IMG/VR virus record: IMGVR_UViG_3300037847_006528
Coordinates: 1-64,000 of that record
Origin: a virus
DNA: 64,000 nucleotides
Strand: one strand, 5' to 3'
Shown piece by piece: positions 54,893 through 64,000 of this stretch. Within the stretch, counting starts at the first letter, position 1. Every line of letters begins with the position of its first letter. Both the position numbers and the translations under genes were made by a program. Under the pieces are notes generated by a model. That model was not told the DNA's origin. It saw only the letters and a list, made by a program, of their open reading frames with translations, and searched no databases.

Positions 54893-56440
54893 TTATTCAT
54901 TTATATATAAAAAATTAATATTCCTACTAGATTTTCCTTCTCCTAATTTTACCGAGACTTTATCAGCAGTTATATGAGTTACACCCTCATCAACCAAATC
55001 AGTCATTTCTTGAGTTTTTGTTTCCAGAATATCCGCAGCTTTATATATACCCATGCTTTGACTCACTGTAGCTTCGGCTGTGACAGAAGCGGTGCCAAGC
55101 GTTTTTAAATCACTTGTTATAACTTGTTCCTCTAAATTTCCTAAATCTAATATTTTTTCAACTCGGTCTATCTGAAGTTGCTTATTCATAGTTAGTTTGA
55201 ACTTTAAAAGACCATCATCATTTGTTTTATAAGCTGGATCAGTGGTAAAAACAATTGAATCTTGAATAGTTCCTTCTGTCTTGCTAAAACTAGTAGACCT
55301 ACTTTTTTCATGAAACTCTTCCAGCGGGTGAAATAACCTTCTAACTCTGAGGTGATTTAAATCCTGACCACTTTTCCAAAAATCTCTACAATTATAAAAC
55401 TTATCTATTTTGTTTTTTCCTAAAGACTTATACATCATTGAAAGGTTATACTCTTTAAATTTGCCAGCTTTTTTCTGAGTTCCTGTATACGATAAGTTAT
55501 TATCTTGAGATTTGTTTGGGTCAGTTGAAAACTGAATAGTCAAGGTGGCATTGATGCCATCCTTTGTTATGCCTTTCGAAATAGAAAACGGAGATCCAAA
55601 CTCCTGCTCCTCATTAGATTTAACTTCATCCACTATTTCACCAAGAGCTTTTGTTAATGTATTCTCAGAATCTTGCCTCAATGACGTTAATTGAATATTA
55701 ACAGTTTTTTCTAAAAACCCCTGTGGAGTTATTTTTATGTCTTGAGTCTCTTTCCTGCCTACATTTTTATTAGGATCTACTATCGAAGTCGTAACTGTTT
55801 CAGTTAAACTTACATTTAAATTTATAAGGTCGTAAGTCTCTGAAATGTTTCCTCTGAAATTCTCATCTATTTTTGCTTTTTCAGAAATCCCATCTTCCTG
55901 ATATCCTAAAGATGGCCTGTTAGCGAAATAATAATTAGTTAAAAATGTTTTCGCATTATTTAAAAACTGATCTCCAGCTTCTTGAGCATAGCCTATAGAA
56001 ACTTTTCGCGTAGAAGTATAGTCCCCACCAGTTCTTGAAAAATCATAAGTTTCTGAAAATGAAGTGAGCGCGTGAGGGTTTGGAATATATTTGGCGAATT
56101 CAGAAGAAGAGTAGTCATCTAGTCTTCTTTTTTCTATTATGCTTATGCTAACCGTCTCTGCGCCGACTAAGGTGCCTCCTTCAAAGTTATAACTTTGTAT
56201 TTGACCATTCAGATAGTCGTCTGCACCTATCCTTGCTACTAGATTAGGTCTTCCATAAGCCTCTTTAATCGCATCTCTACCTGACAATAAAGTTGTGTCA
56301 TTCTGCTCAAACTTTAAATCAGATATATCTACCTGATAGTTACCTTTTACAGTATATCCAAAAAGCTCTATTGTTCCTTGGTAATCATAAGTGATCTCTA
56401 CAGAAGAACTTAAAACATTATTTACGATTAAAGATGCCAT
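54893..56440 (-). CDS. Tail/baseplate hub-like structural protein
   Basis: Beta-rich 515-aa ORF directly downstream of the tape measure gene. Confidence 0.6.
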   Translation of the reverse strand: MASLIVNNVLSSSVEITYDYQGTIELFGYTVKGNYQVDISDLKFEQNDTTLLSGRDAIKEAYGRPNLVARIGADDYLNGQIQSYNFEGGTLVGAETVSISIIEKRRLDDYSSSEFAKYIPNPHALTSFSETYDFSRTGGDYTSTRKVSIGYAQEAGDQFLNNAKTFLTNYYFANRPSLGYQEDGISEKAKIDENFRGNISETYDLINLNVSLTETVTTSIVDPNKNVGRKETQDIKITPQGFLEKTVNIQLTSLRQDSENTLTKALGEIVDEVKSNEEQEFGSPFSISKGITKDGINATLTIQFSTDPNKSQDNNLSYTGTQKKAGKFKEYNLSMMYKSLGKNKIDKFYNCRDFWKSGQDLNHLRVRRLFHPLEEFHEKSRSTSFSKTEGTIQDSIVFTTDPAYKTNDDGLLKFKLTMNKQLQIDRVEKILDLGNLEEQVITSDLKTLGTASVTAEATVSQSMGIYKAADILETKTQEMTDLVDEGVTHITADKVSVKLGEGKSSRNINFLYINE

Positions 56441-56446
56441 GTCTCA

Positions 56447-59400
56447 TTATGATCCTTCGCTAGCTGGTTCTAGTGCAGTTGCTCCTGTTCCCTCTGCGGG
56501 TTCTTCATCCATTAAGTCTTTAATTAAATTCTCCATAGAAATCATCTTGTTCGCCAACATCTTCATGCTGTTAGTAGCAGATTTAGCAAACTTAGCTTGC
56601 TCTGCCAAAAACGGCTGCAAATCTTTAGAAGCCTGTAGATTTTCATCTAAGAATTCCAAGACCTGATCTACGCTAGCCTCTCCACTTTCTATTTTTTCTT
56701 GTGTTTCTTTGAGTTTTTTAGCAATGTCAGCAGTATCTGAATCTGTTGCGAATTTCTCCCAAGCTTTTGTAGCTTGCGCCATAGCTTTATTCAATCCTCT
56801 TTGAGTCTCTAGTAACTCATCCATTTCTGCGGTCGCGTCTAATCCTTTGGCATCGTCCATCATGTCTTTAAATGATTCACCTTCCCCAGACCTTAATTGC
56901 ATAAGCATGTTTTTGCCTTCGCCCCCTACCAGCCCAGCATCTGCCACTTTCGCTAGCACCTCCTCTAATTTTCCCTGATGAACACCAAACAGAGTAACTA
57001 GCTTATCTATACTGACCCCAGTTCCTTGATCATCATATTCAGACATCATCATGCCGATTTTCTCGTAATCAATATCAGCAGGATCTTTCAACATTTCATC
57101 AGCAATCTCTTTACCTTGAGCATGAACATAATCTAAGTCCATACCGCCTTGACCGAATGCTTGCTGAATATGGCTAACTTGAGCTTGAATTGTTTGTGCT
57201 GTGAGTTCAGCCATTTTCTTTTCATTGGCCATCTGCAAGTCGCCAACCTGCTTCATCTTAGAAAGTATATCTATACCAGCCTTTCTAGCTGCACTTTCAA
57301 ATTGCTGGCTAGCTTTCTCAAGGTTATTCCTTGCGGCCAAACTTCCCTGCAACATCTCCCGATTTGTTGCAGTCCTTCCCTGCTCTGACGCAGTTTTTGA
57401 AGTCTCTGCATATGCCGTATCAACACCTGTTTGGGCGTTTATTATAGCACCCCTAAACTGATCCAACCCTCTCTGCTGAGTTTGGAATCCAGCCCCCATG
57501 TTCATGGCCAGAGCATTAGGACCAGTAGCAAGAGCTTGCACCAAGGCTTGTTGATCTTGAGCCTGAGCAAACGCATCGGCAGTCTTCAGAGTTATCTTAG
57601 ACTGTCTTTCTTGGAGATCTGATAGAGTGTTTGCGTAATCTTTGTGAGCTTGCGCTAATGTCGCAGTAGCCTCATCCATATCAGCTTGCCAAGACATTTG
57701 CATTTGCAAGTCTTTATATTTCCAACCTGATATATTAGCTATGACATTTGCTAACTTGTCTTGCTCCTTAGCAAGTTTGTCATCGGATTCCCGTAGTTGT
57801 TTTGCTAATTTATTTCTTTTCTTTGACCCATCCTTAGCGTCTTCAGCGGCTGCTAAAAGCTCATCGCTTTTTTTCTGTTGTTCTTCAACAGCTTTGGCTG
57901 CTTTATCATAAGCATCTGCAAGTGCTTTTGGGTCAGCGGCGTTAGCCATACCCTCTTCTAAACTTTTATTTAAAAATTCTATTTGCGACTTCTTATCCCC
58001 GAACCCCTCAAAATCAGGGGCTTTGTCAAATTTTGTCCTCCCTACTCCTACTGCTTTTTGAGTTGCCGCAATTTTTTCTTTAGCTTCCGCTATTGCTTTC
58101 TCCTTAGGAGTTAACGCTTCTGCTGCTTTCCCAGCCGCCATGCCTCCTCCGACAGCCCCTATTATACCGCCTCCGAATGTCGTGATCGCAGCAACTAGTG
58201 GGGCAGCGGGTCCGAGAAAAGGAGCTAACACAGCCCCAAGTTTAGCGCCCCCAGCAGCCCCTGCCAGCCCTCCTGCGATTGCTCCACCGCTTTCAGATAC
58301 ACCTACAATTTTTTGCCGCTTAGTTAAATCTTCGTTCATCAAGGTCGAGCCAATATCATAAGCCCCAAATAGTGCTGCGGCGGCTCCACCTCCTCTTATA
58401 AACCTCGCCCTCTTTCCCGCTTTTTGAGCTTCAACCATTCTATTGGGCTGACCCTTGAGCTTCTCCGCAGTTTTCATCTTAGTGCCTCTGCCGCTAAAAA
58501 AGCTTCCCGCCCTTGTTTTACCTACAGCCCTGCCTAGACCACCTCTAGTCGCCATATTCAATGCCGCTAAAGCACCCAAAGCTATAGCTGCCGACTTAGC
58601 AGCCTGTGCCAACCTAACATAAACAGGAGGTTGTTTTTTAATCTCATCCAATAGCCTCATTTCTTCTTGGATCAAAGCTCTTTTCATCAAGAAGTTTTCA
58701 TCTGAAGCTTCGATTTCTTCTATCCGCTTTTGTGTAGCGGCTTCCATGACAGTGATCTGTTTTTCGTATGCCGCTTCAACAAAACCTATAACACTTGATA
58801 TTGCACCAAAAGCAAACTGGAGACCAAATCCCACGCTGGTAATCGAATCGAAGATACCCATCAACTTACCAATTGATCCTCCACCTACCGCAGAAGCGCC
58901 TCCCATTTTCATCCCCCTCGCATATCTAGGTATATGACCACCAGCAAATGCCTTTGTGCCTCTCCTGACCTCTCTGGTGACAAATTTTACACTGCCTTTT
59001 GCAGCGTCCTCGTTAGCAATTTTTTTAGCGAAACTTGCTACGCTGTTTTTTCTAGAATTTTCTTTGTAATCAAATATATTAGCTTTTGGATTAGAAACTC
59101 CAAAAAGCTTTCTTATAGCTCCAGCCTTCTTGCCTGATACACCCTTCACATCAAAGTCACCACCCTCTACTTTTCTTGCAGGGCTAATATCTAAAGCGGC
59201 ATTAACTGAAGCTTCAAAAGCCGCGCCAACAATTCCCTTAAGTGCTCCTTTACCTCCTCCTTGAGACTTTAGTTTTTGAAGTATTTTTGCTGGCGAAGGC
59301 TTTCCTAAAACTGGTTTAAGGAGTCCCGCAAAGTTCGCAGCATTTGTAGTAACACTTCTTGTTATATTTTTCTTTAAATTTTCATCATGTGGGTCGGCAG

Positions 59401-61522
59401 CTTGATCAACCGCTTTCGGAACTTTGGGTCCGTCAACTTCCAAAGGTCCACCATATTCAAAGCCCATGTGTTTCCCTCCGAATTTAAATCTCCCTCTGGT
59501 CTTTTTTCCTATTGTTGCGGATCTACCAATACTAGGGATAAGCATACCCATGTTTTTAGGAGTAACCAAGACGACCTGCTCTGTCTTTTTTGCTTTTGGT
59601 CCCTTCTTGGCCGCACCAAACCGCTGACTAACTTGACTTGGCGAATATCCTGCTGCTATTGCTTGGTCGCGAGTGGTAATATCGTCTCTTTCCGAAAGTG
59701 GTTTTGATGGCCTCCCCAATCTTACTTGTCCTCTACCTCCAGCATATCTAGGAATATTGCCGCCAGCATACAGCGGAATCACAGCAGAGTCGGACCCTCC
59801 CGCAAAACGAGGGACTTCCACCTCATAATTGTTCATAATGAAGTCTTTGCCATTTATCTTTCCCGTCCCCATATGAGCTTGAACATCATCGGGTGCTCCC
59901 AGCATCCTTGCTGATGCCTCCTCTGCCATGAAACCATGAGAGAAAGTTCTCCCCCTTCTGCCCGTGAAACCACTTCCCTGAGTAAATCCTCCAACACCTC
60001 TGGCAGCAGCGGCAGCAGCCAAACTTCTCATGAGAGCGGCTTGTTGCGTTAAAAGAGCGTTTTCTCTTTTTATAGCAGCTATAACCGCCTGTTCCTTTTG
60101 AAGCTGAGTCGCTGTAGTGCTTTGTATTACTTTCCTTAAAGCAGAGTCTCTTGATAATAAACCAACAATTCCTCCTTGGATATTTTTAAGCTTTTCAGCC
60201 TCAGTCCCCATTTTGAATAGGGCTTTCATTCCGTCTAAAGCAAACTTACCCACAAGTTTCGCTATCTTTAAGAAAGCCGCCGTAAATATAACAACAGCGG
60301 GACCGCTAAGAAACGTGCTTATAGCCTTAAAGAAACCTCTTATAAAATTATTCCCTTTTTCTGGGTCTAGTGCATTGTCTAAAAACTCTGTAAACTTTAT
60401 GGCTATTCCAACAAGGTTTTCTAATAATGGCCCAAATGTGATTGAACCCACCTTTTCTCCTAAACTGGTTAACCCAACTATAAGCCTGTTTATGTTGTGA
60501 GCCATGCTTTCGCTCAAGGCTGCATTTTTCTCAAATGCTTGGTTGGTTGCTTGCACCCCTGTTTGTGTAGCTTTTGCAAAAATGGATGTCTCGCTTCCTA
60601 TATCTTTTAAAGCGGCACTAACTACGTTGATTTGGAAAACACCACCAGCTAACTCTTTAATCTTAGAAACAACAGTTGGATCTGCTATATTTTCTATAGC
60701 CATAGAGAGAGCTTGTAGCTTTTGCACACCACTCATAGTAGCGTCAATCGCTACACCTAACTCTTGAAGCTCATCAATTGTTGTTCCTCTTTGTAATCTT
60801 GTAAAAATTGATTTAAATGCGTTACCGATAACGGCTCCACCTCTCGCAGTTTTTTGTTCAACTGCTGTAACAAGACCAAGTAATTGATCAAAACTAACCC
60901 CAGCATCCTCTGCTGTAGAACCCGCTCGACTAAAAGCCTCTGCCAAATCTTGAGCAGACACCGCAAAAGCCGTATCCACAGCAACCATCTTATTAACAAT
61001 CTGGTTGGCACTTAAACCAGCGGAAGTAAATCCATTGATCGCAGCAGTTAATGACTTAACAGATTTTTCTGCGTCTAGACCCGATATCCTTGTTAACACC
61101 AATGCAGCCTTTAACCTTTTCGCGGTTTCTTCAGCACTTAGACCTTGACGAGCTAACTCAGCAGCACCCTCTGCAACTGTGCTAAATGATTGGCCAGTCT
61201 CTTTAGCTACTTGGAAAATTGAATTCCTGAACCTGTTAAAAGTGGTTTCTGTAGCCTGAAAAATAGAATTAATTTCTATTAATCTTTTTTCTACCTCTAT
61301 AGTAGTTGCTACAAGCTTTTTAAAAGACTGTGTTATACTGTTTAAGACTACAGTGGTAGCTCCAAATGCAAAAACACGGGCTGTAGAAGCATCCAGAGAT
61401 TTTTGAAACTCTGACGCTTGTCCAGTAATTCTTCCTAATGCATTAGATATCTGCTTAGTCGAAGCATTTAGACTAGCAGTATTTAACTGAACATTTAGGG
61501 AAGCATTGAAACTTTGAGCCAT
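56447..61522 (-). CDS. Tail tape measure protein (TP901-like core)
   Basis: 1691 aa, Ala/Gly-rich and helical; ELARQG, GVSFDQLLG and G..IGNAFKSIFTRL core motifs; hydrophobic glycine-zipper segments. Confidence 0.9.
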   Translation of the reverse strand: MAQSFNASLNVQLNTASLNASTKQISNALGRITGQASEFQKSLDASTARVFAFGATTVVLNSITQSFKKLVATTIEVEKRLIEINSIFQATETTFNRFRNSIFQVAKETGQSFSTVAEGAAELARQGLSAEETAKRLKAALVLTRISGLDAEKSVKSLTAAINGFTSAGLSANQIVNKMVAVDTAFAVSAQDLAEAFSRAGSTAEDAGVSFDQLLGLVTAVEQKTARGGAVIGNAFKSIFTRLQRGTTIDELQELGVAIDATMSGVQKLQALSMAIENIADPTVVSKIKELAGGVFQINVVSAALKDIGSETSIFAKATQTGVQATNQAFEKNAALSESMAHNINRLIVGLTSLGEKVGSITFGPLLENLVGIAIKFTEFLDNALDPEKGNNFIRGFFKAISTFLSGPAVVIFTAAFLKIAKLVGKFALDGMKALFKMGTEAEKLKNIQGGIVGLLSRDSALRKVIQSTTATQLQKEQAVIAAIKRENALLTQQAALMRSLAAAAAARGVGGFTQGSGFTGRRGRTFSHGFMAEEASARMLGAPDDVQAHMGTGKINGKDFIMNNYEVEVPRFAGGSDSAVIPLYAGGNIPRYAGGRGQVRLGRPSKPLSERDDITTRDQAIAAGYSPSQVSQRFGAAKKGPKAKKTEQVVLVTPKNMGMLIPSIGRSATIGKKTRGRFKFGGKHMGFEYGGPLEVDGPKVPKAVDQAADPHDENLKKNITRSVTTNAANFAGLLKPVLGKPSPAKILQKLKSQGGGKGALKGIVGAAFEASVNAALDISPARKVEGGDFDVKGVSGKKAGAIRKLFGVSNPKANIFDYKENSRKNSVASFAKKIANEDAAKGSVKFVTREVRRGTKAFAGGHIPRYARGMKMGGASAVGGGSIGKLMGIFDSITSVGFGLQFAFGAISSVIGFVEAAYEKQITVMEAATQKRIEEIEASDENFLMKRALIQEEMRLLDEIKKQPPVYVRLAQAAKSAAIALGALAALNMATRGGLGRAVGKTRAGSFFSGRGTKMKTAEKLKGQPNRMVEAQKAGKRARFIRGGGAAAALFGAYDIGSTLMNEDLTKRQKIVGVSESGGAIAGGLAGAAGGAKLGAVLAPFLGPAAPLVAAITTFGGGIIGAVGGGMAAGKAAEALTPKEKAIAEAKEKIAATQKAVGVGRTKFDKAPDFEGFGDKKSQIEFLNKSLEEGMANAADPKALADAYDKAAKAVEEQQKKSDELLAAAEDAKDGSKKRNKLAKQLRESDDKLAKEQDKLANVIANISGWKYKDLQMQMSWQADMDEATATLAQAHKDYANTLSDLQERQSKITLKTADAFAQAQDQQALVQALATGPNALAMNMGAGFQTQQRGLDQFRGAIINAQTGVDTAYAETSKTASEQGRTATNREMLQGSLAARNNLEKASQQFESAARKAGIDILSKMKQVGDLQMANEKKMAELTAQTIQAQVSHIQQAFGQGGMDLDYVHAQGKEIADEMLKDPADIDYEKIGMMMSEYDDQGTGVSIDKLVTLFGVHQGKLEEVLAKVADAGLVGGEGKNMLMQLRSGEGESFKDMMDDAKGLDATAEMDELLETQRGLNKAMAQATKAWEKFATDSDTADIAKKLKETQEKIESGEASVDQVLEFLDENLQASKDLQPFLAEQAKFAKSATNSMKMLANKMISMENLIKDLMDEEPAEGTGATALEPASEGS

Positions 61523-61538
61523 ATAGTGTAAATTACAC

Positions 61539-62426
61539 CTATCCGCTCAAAAAGTCTTCGGCTTTAAGCTCTCCACCCCTTGCTTTAATCTTGGCTTTTA
61601 GGTCTTCCGTGCCATGAGATACCTTTCTGTCAGCCTCATCTGGCTTCTCCTCATAGTTAAACATTTTAACTGGATCTCCGTAAATCTCATCGGGTATTGA
61701 GGTATTTCTAATTTTATTCAATAAAGAGCTAGACAAAACTAATAGAGTTTTTTGAAAAACTGTTATTTCTTGAAATGTGGTATCAATCAAACCGATAGGA
61801 TTATTTCTTTGGGTTACATAAAGATCAAAGAAACCGCCTTTGTAAGAAGCTTCTAATACCCTTTCATGGCTCATTAAATCATTATACCTAGAAAATAACA
61901 TAACCGTTAAAGCGTCCCTGTTTTTGGGGTCTGGGGCTGAATCAAAATCTTTAGAAGAAAAGACACAGCGATCATAAGTTCTCTTAACTTTTTTAAGCTC
62001 TGCTAAATGTTCTGCGCTATATGCTATTAATTTACCCCTTTCAGCCTGAATCTCTTTTAAGTCTTTTTCTTGAGAGAGCAGTGAATTATTGAAAATCTTT
62101 CTTTGAGTGGGGTCAGTAATTTTTGCCAAAGCCGCAGTAGATTTTTTAATCATCCACTTTTGCGATTTAATAGACTCTTCTTTTTCCTTCGACCAAGCTC
62201 CTGATTGTATAGCTTGTTCTATAAGTTCATCAGACGTAGAGATACCTGATTTTATTGATTTTTTTATGTCCTCTATTTGTTCATTATCGACTTCAATAGC
62301 ATCCATTAACTTCAGATGCTTGAAGTAATATTGCTGACCAGAATACTCTAAAACACTAAAACCTCTTATTATGTCTAATAAGTCAATAGAAGCGTTCTCA
62401 TACCTCTTCTTCTTTTTCTCCTTCAT
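61539..62426 (-). CDS. Hypothetical protein upstream of the tape measure gene (tail assembly chaperone-like)
   Basis: Gene position; charged helical 295-aa ORF. Confidence 0.55.
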   Translation of the reverse strand: MKEKKKKRYENASIDLLDIIRGFSVLEYSGQQYYFKHLKLMDAIEVDNEQIEDIKKSIKSGISTSDELIEQAIQSGAWSKEKEESIKSQKWMIKKSTAALAKITDPTQRKIFNNSLLSQEKDLKEIQAERGKLIAYSAEHLAELKKVKRTYDRCVFSSKDFDSAPDPKNRDALTVMLFSRYNDLMSHERVLEASYKGGFFDLYVTQRNNPIGLIDTTFQEITVFQKTLLVLSSSLLNKIRNTSIPDEIYGDPVKMFNYEEKPDEADRKVSHGTEDLKAKIKARGGELKAEDFLSG

Positions 62427-63216
62427 CCTCGCTGAAAAGATCCTTCAAGGTCTTATCTATCGACTTTTGATCTGTTGCTAATTTGTTATACCAAATAGTA
62501 ATAACCCTTATTAGTGTTTCAAAAGAAGAATTATAAAGAGTTTTTAATCTAAGTAAATGAGGGTCTTTTGTCTCTTCCTCTTCTAGATCTTGTAAATCTA
62601 CAAGAAATTCTCGCCTTTCTTTAAAACTCTCTCCTTCAAACAAAGGAAAGAGTTCTTTCTTACCTTCCTTGTCGTCTTTTACTTCATCTTCGTAATACGA
62701 AAAGTTAACAACAAACCATTCGACTAGTTTTTGTTCTGCCTTAGCATCAGCGGTCTGGCTGAATTGATCCCTTAAGCTAGATTCATATTGATGAATTGAT
62801 TTTTGAGTTGAAGCAAAAGTTAGCTTAGCTTCTTTTAACTTTTCTTTTTGCTCCTCATCCAAATCTTTCGCGCCCTCAAAAAATTCAATAACCCTGCTAG
62901 CCTCAAGGTTTTCTAAGACCATTTCAGATATCGCATCATCGGTCCTCTTTGAAGTCATTCCTCCAAGATCGCCCATTTTTTTAGCGAGCATCGCCTTAGT
63001 TAAAAACCCAGCATTAATAAAAGAATTATACTTTTGACCAAAATAAAACTCCGCATCCTCCATATCGCTGATAGTAGGCTTTATGATAGCCATTCTTGTC
63101 TGCACGGTTTTTTTTTGTTTTTTAGTGCTCTCTACAGGGCCATTCTTGGTTTTTTTAATATAAGGGACTTCCTTTATAATTTCCCTTTTTACATCAAATG
63201 AGTATAGCTCTTTCAT
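62398..63216 (-). CDS. Hypothetical protein (tail assembly chaperone-like)
   Basis: Gene position; promoter TTGATT-N16-TATAAT at 63224-63251, 7 nt before the ATG. Confidence 0.55.
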   Translation of the reverse strand: MKELYSFDVKREIIKEVPYIKKTKNGPVESTKKQKKTVQTRMAIIKPTISDMEDAEFYFGQKYNSFINAGFLTKAMLAKKMGDLGGMTSKRTDDAISEMVLENLEASRVIEFFEGAKDLDEEQKEKLKEAKLTFASTQKSIHQYESSLRDQFSQTADAKAEQKLVEWFVVNFSYYEDEVKDDKEGKKELFPLFEGESFKERREFLVDLQDLEEEETKDPHLLRLKTLYNSSFETLIRVITIWYNKLATDQKSIDKTLKDLFSEDEGEKEEEV

Positions 63217-63263
63217 CTATATTATTATATAAATAAAATAGCTAAAATCAATCTTTTTTAACC

Positions 63264-63695
63264 TTAGACTGCATCAGTCATGATTGATTCTATTCCACTG
63301 ATATCTACAAAAGCTGTAGAATTTCCATGTTTATGGAAAAGAGCAAAATTAACTTCTCCTATCTCAGTGACAGGAGCACCAGTTATCAGCATACCGTTCG
63401 CCATCAATACATCATTGTGATAATATGAATAACCCTCGCTACTATCTCCACCTCCCCATTTAAATTTAATATTAAAAGGAACTCCGCTTTCATAGCCCCC
63501 AAAAAACTTTCCGCTCTGATCAAACAAGTATCCACTAACTCCCGAAACTGTCATCATATTATTCGTTCGAAAAGTTCCACCTAAAACCCCTGTTTCCATC
63601 ATCGCAAACTCAAACCCACTTTCAGGGGTATGAATATTTAAATCTACACTATATGTAGATGTCTGTAGTCCATTAAAACCTCCAGTAGCTATCAT
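63264..63695 (-). CDS. [S/T]G-rich small structural protein
   Basis: 143 aa, beta-rich, 9 SG/TG dipeptides. Confidence 0.55.
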   Translation of the reverse strand: MIATGGFNGLQTSTYSVDLNIHTPESGFEFAMMETGVLGGTFRTNNMMTVSGVSGYLFDQSGKFFGGYESGVPFNIKFKWGGGDSSEGYSYYHNDVLMANGMLITGAPVTEIGEVNFALFHKHGNSTAFVDISGIESIMTDAV

Positions 63696-64000
63696 TTTAA
63701 TATTGGGAAATAGTATGAGAAATCAACAGAAGTATTATCATCTAAATCAGTCGATTCGTCTATTGATTCTAAACAACATCCACTTGTAGTAAAATCCATA
63801 ACAGAGTTGCCTTCATTGTCTTTTAAATCAATTTTAATTACACCACTCTGACAGACTAGGCTCGATAAGTCTATTCCAGTCACTTGATTTTTAACAGCAC
63901 TAAAAGAAAGACTGCCTTGGCTGGGTAAGTCTGGATATCTGAATTTTGGAGTTCTTGTCCCAAGTCTAGTAACTTTTTTTCTAGGAGTATCTACTGATAA
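63692..64000 (-). CDS. C-terminal part of a tail-tube-like protein (5' end outside the window)
   Basis: The frame is open to base 64000: LSVDTPRKKVTRLGTRTPKFRYPDLPSQGSLSF... Confidence 0.55.
   Translation of the reverse strand, partial: LSVDTPRKKVTRLGTRTPKFRYPDLPSQGSLSFSAVKNQVTGIDLSSLVCQSGVIKIDLKDNEGNSVMDFTTSGCCLESIDESTDLDDNTSVDFSYYFPILK

Noticed and set aside
146-62328. Numerous short ORFs antisense to or nested in long genes (e.g. 146-397, 4330-4647, 9259-9693, 15728-16069, 60117-60500)
   Set aside because: They are shadows of well-supported genes on the opposite strand or frame and have no recognisable motifs.
62390-62450. Programmed frameshift joining the two genes upstream of the tape measure (lambda G/GT style)
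   Set aside because: The downstream ORF is in the +1 frame with its own ATG, the overlap is short, and there is no canonical X XXY YYZ site. A CTT-TTC +1 shift cannot be excluded but is unsupported.
1-64000. tRNA or rRNA genes, introns, inteins, integrase, transposases, stop-codon recoding
   Set aside because: None recognised by eye. nrdA, dnaB, recA and dnaE are uninterrupted, and TAA, TAG and TGA all terminate genes with tight packing.

Overview
This window is a densely coded 64-kb segment of a large tailed dsDNA phage (Caudoviricetes) using the standard genetic code. The host is Gram-negative, since the phage encodes spanins and an outer-membrane beta-barrel. It is probably a Verrucomicrobia/PVC bacterium, inferred from a TIGR02597-like secreted protein. 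In order, the window holds: (i) a partial Cys-repeat tail-fibre-like gene and a modular basic polyprotein; (ii) ADP-heptose synthesis genes (split HldE kinase and nucleotidyltransferase, HAD phosphatase, HldD epimerase) interleaved with lysis genes; (iii) a Clp ATPase and a replisome (three-gene PHP/exonuclease/DnaE, DnaG, DnaB, RecA); (iv) a 14-gene nucleotide-sugar/glycosyltransferase cluster; (v) nrdAB and a hairpin-rich strand switch that looks like a replication origin; (vi) a plus-strand block with a sigma factor, glycosyltransferases, Hsp20, a Whirly-like SSB and an annealase; (vii) tail, baseplate and tape-measure genes. The best candidates for undescribed biology are a virion glycosylation system (about 12 GTs, heptose and formyl-perosamine pathways, and [S/T]G-rich structural proteins), a chemoreceptor-derived sensor coupled between holin and endolysin, a GTGTA phage promoter motif, a Whirly-fold SSB, and a structured small RNA in front of the glycan operon. 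All family assignments come from motifs recognised by eye, and counts are hand counts; no database search was run.
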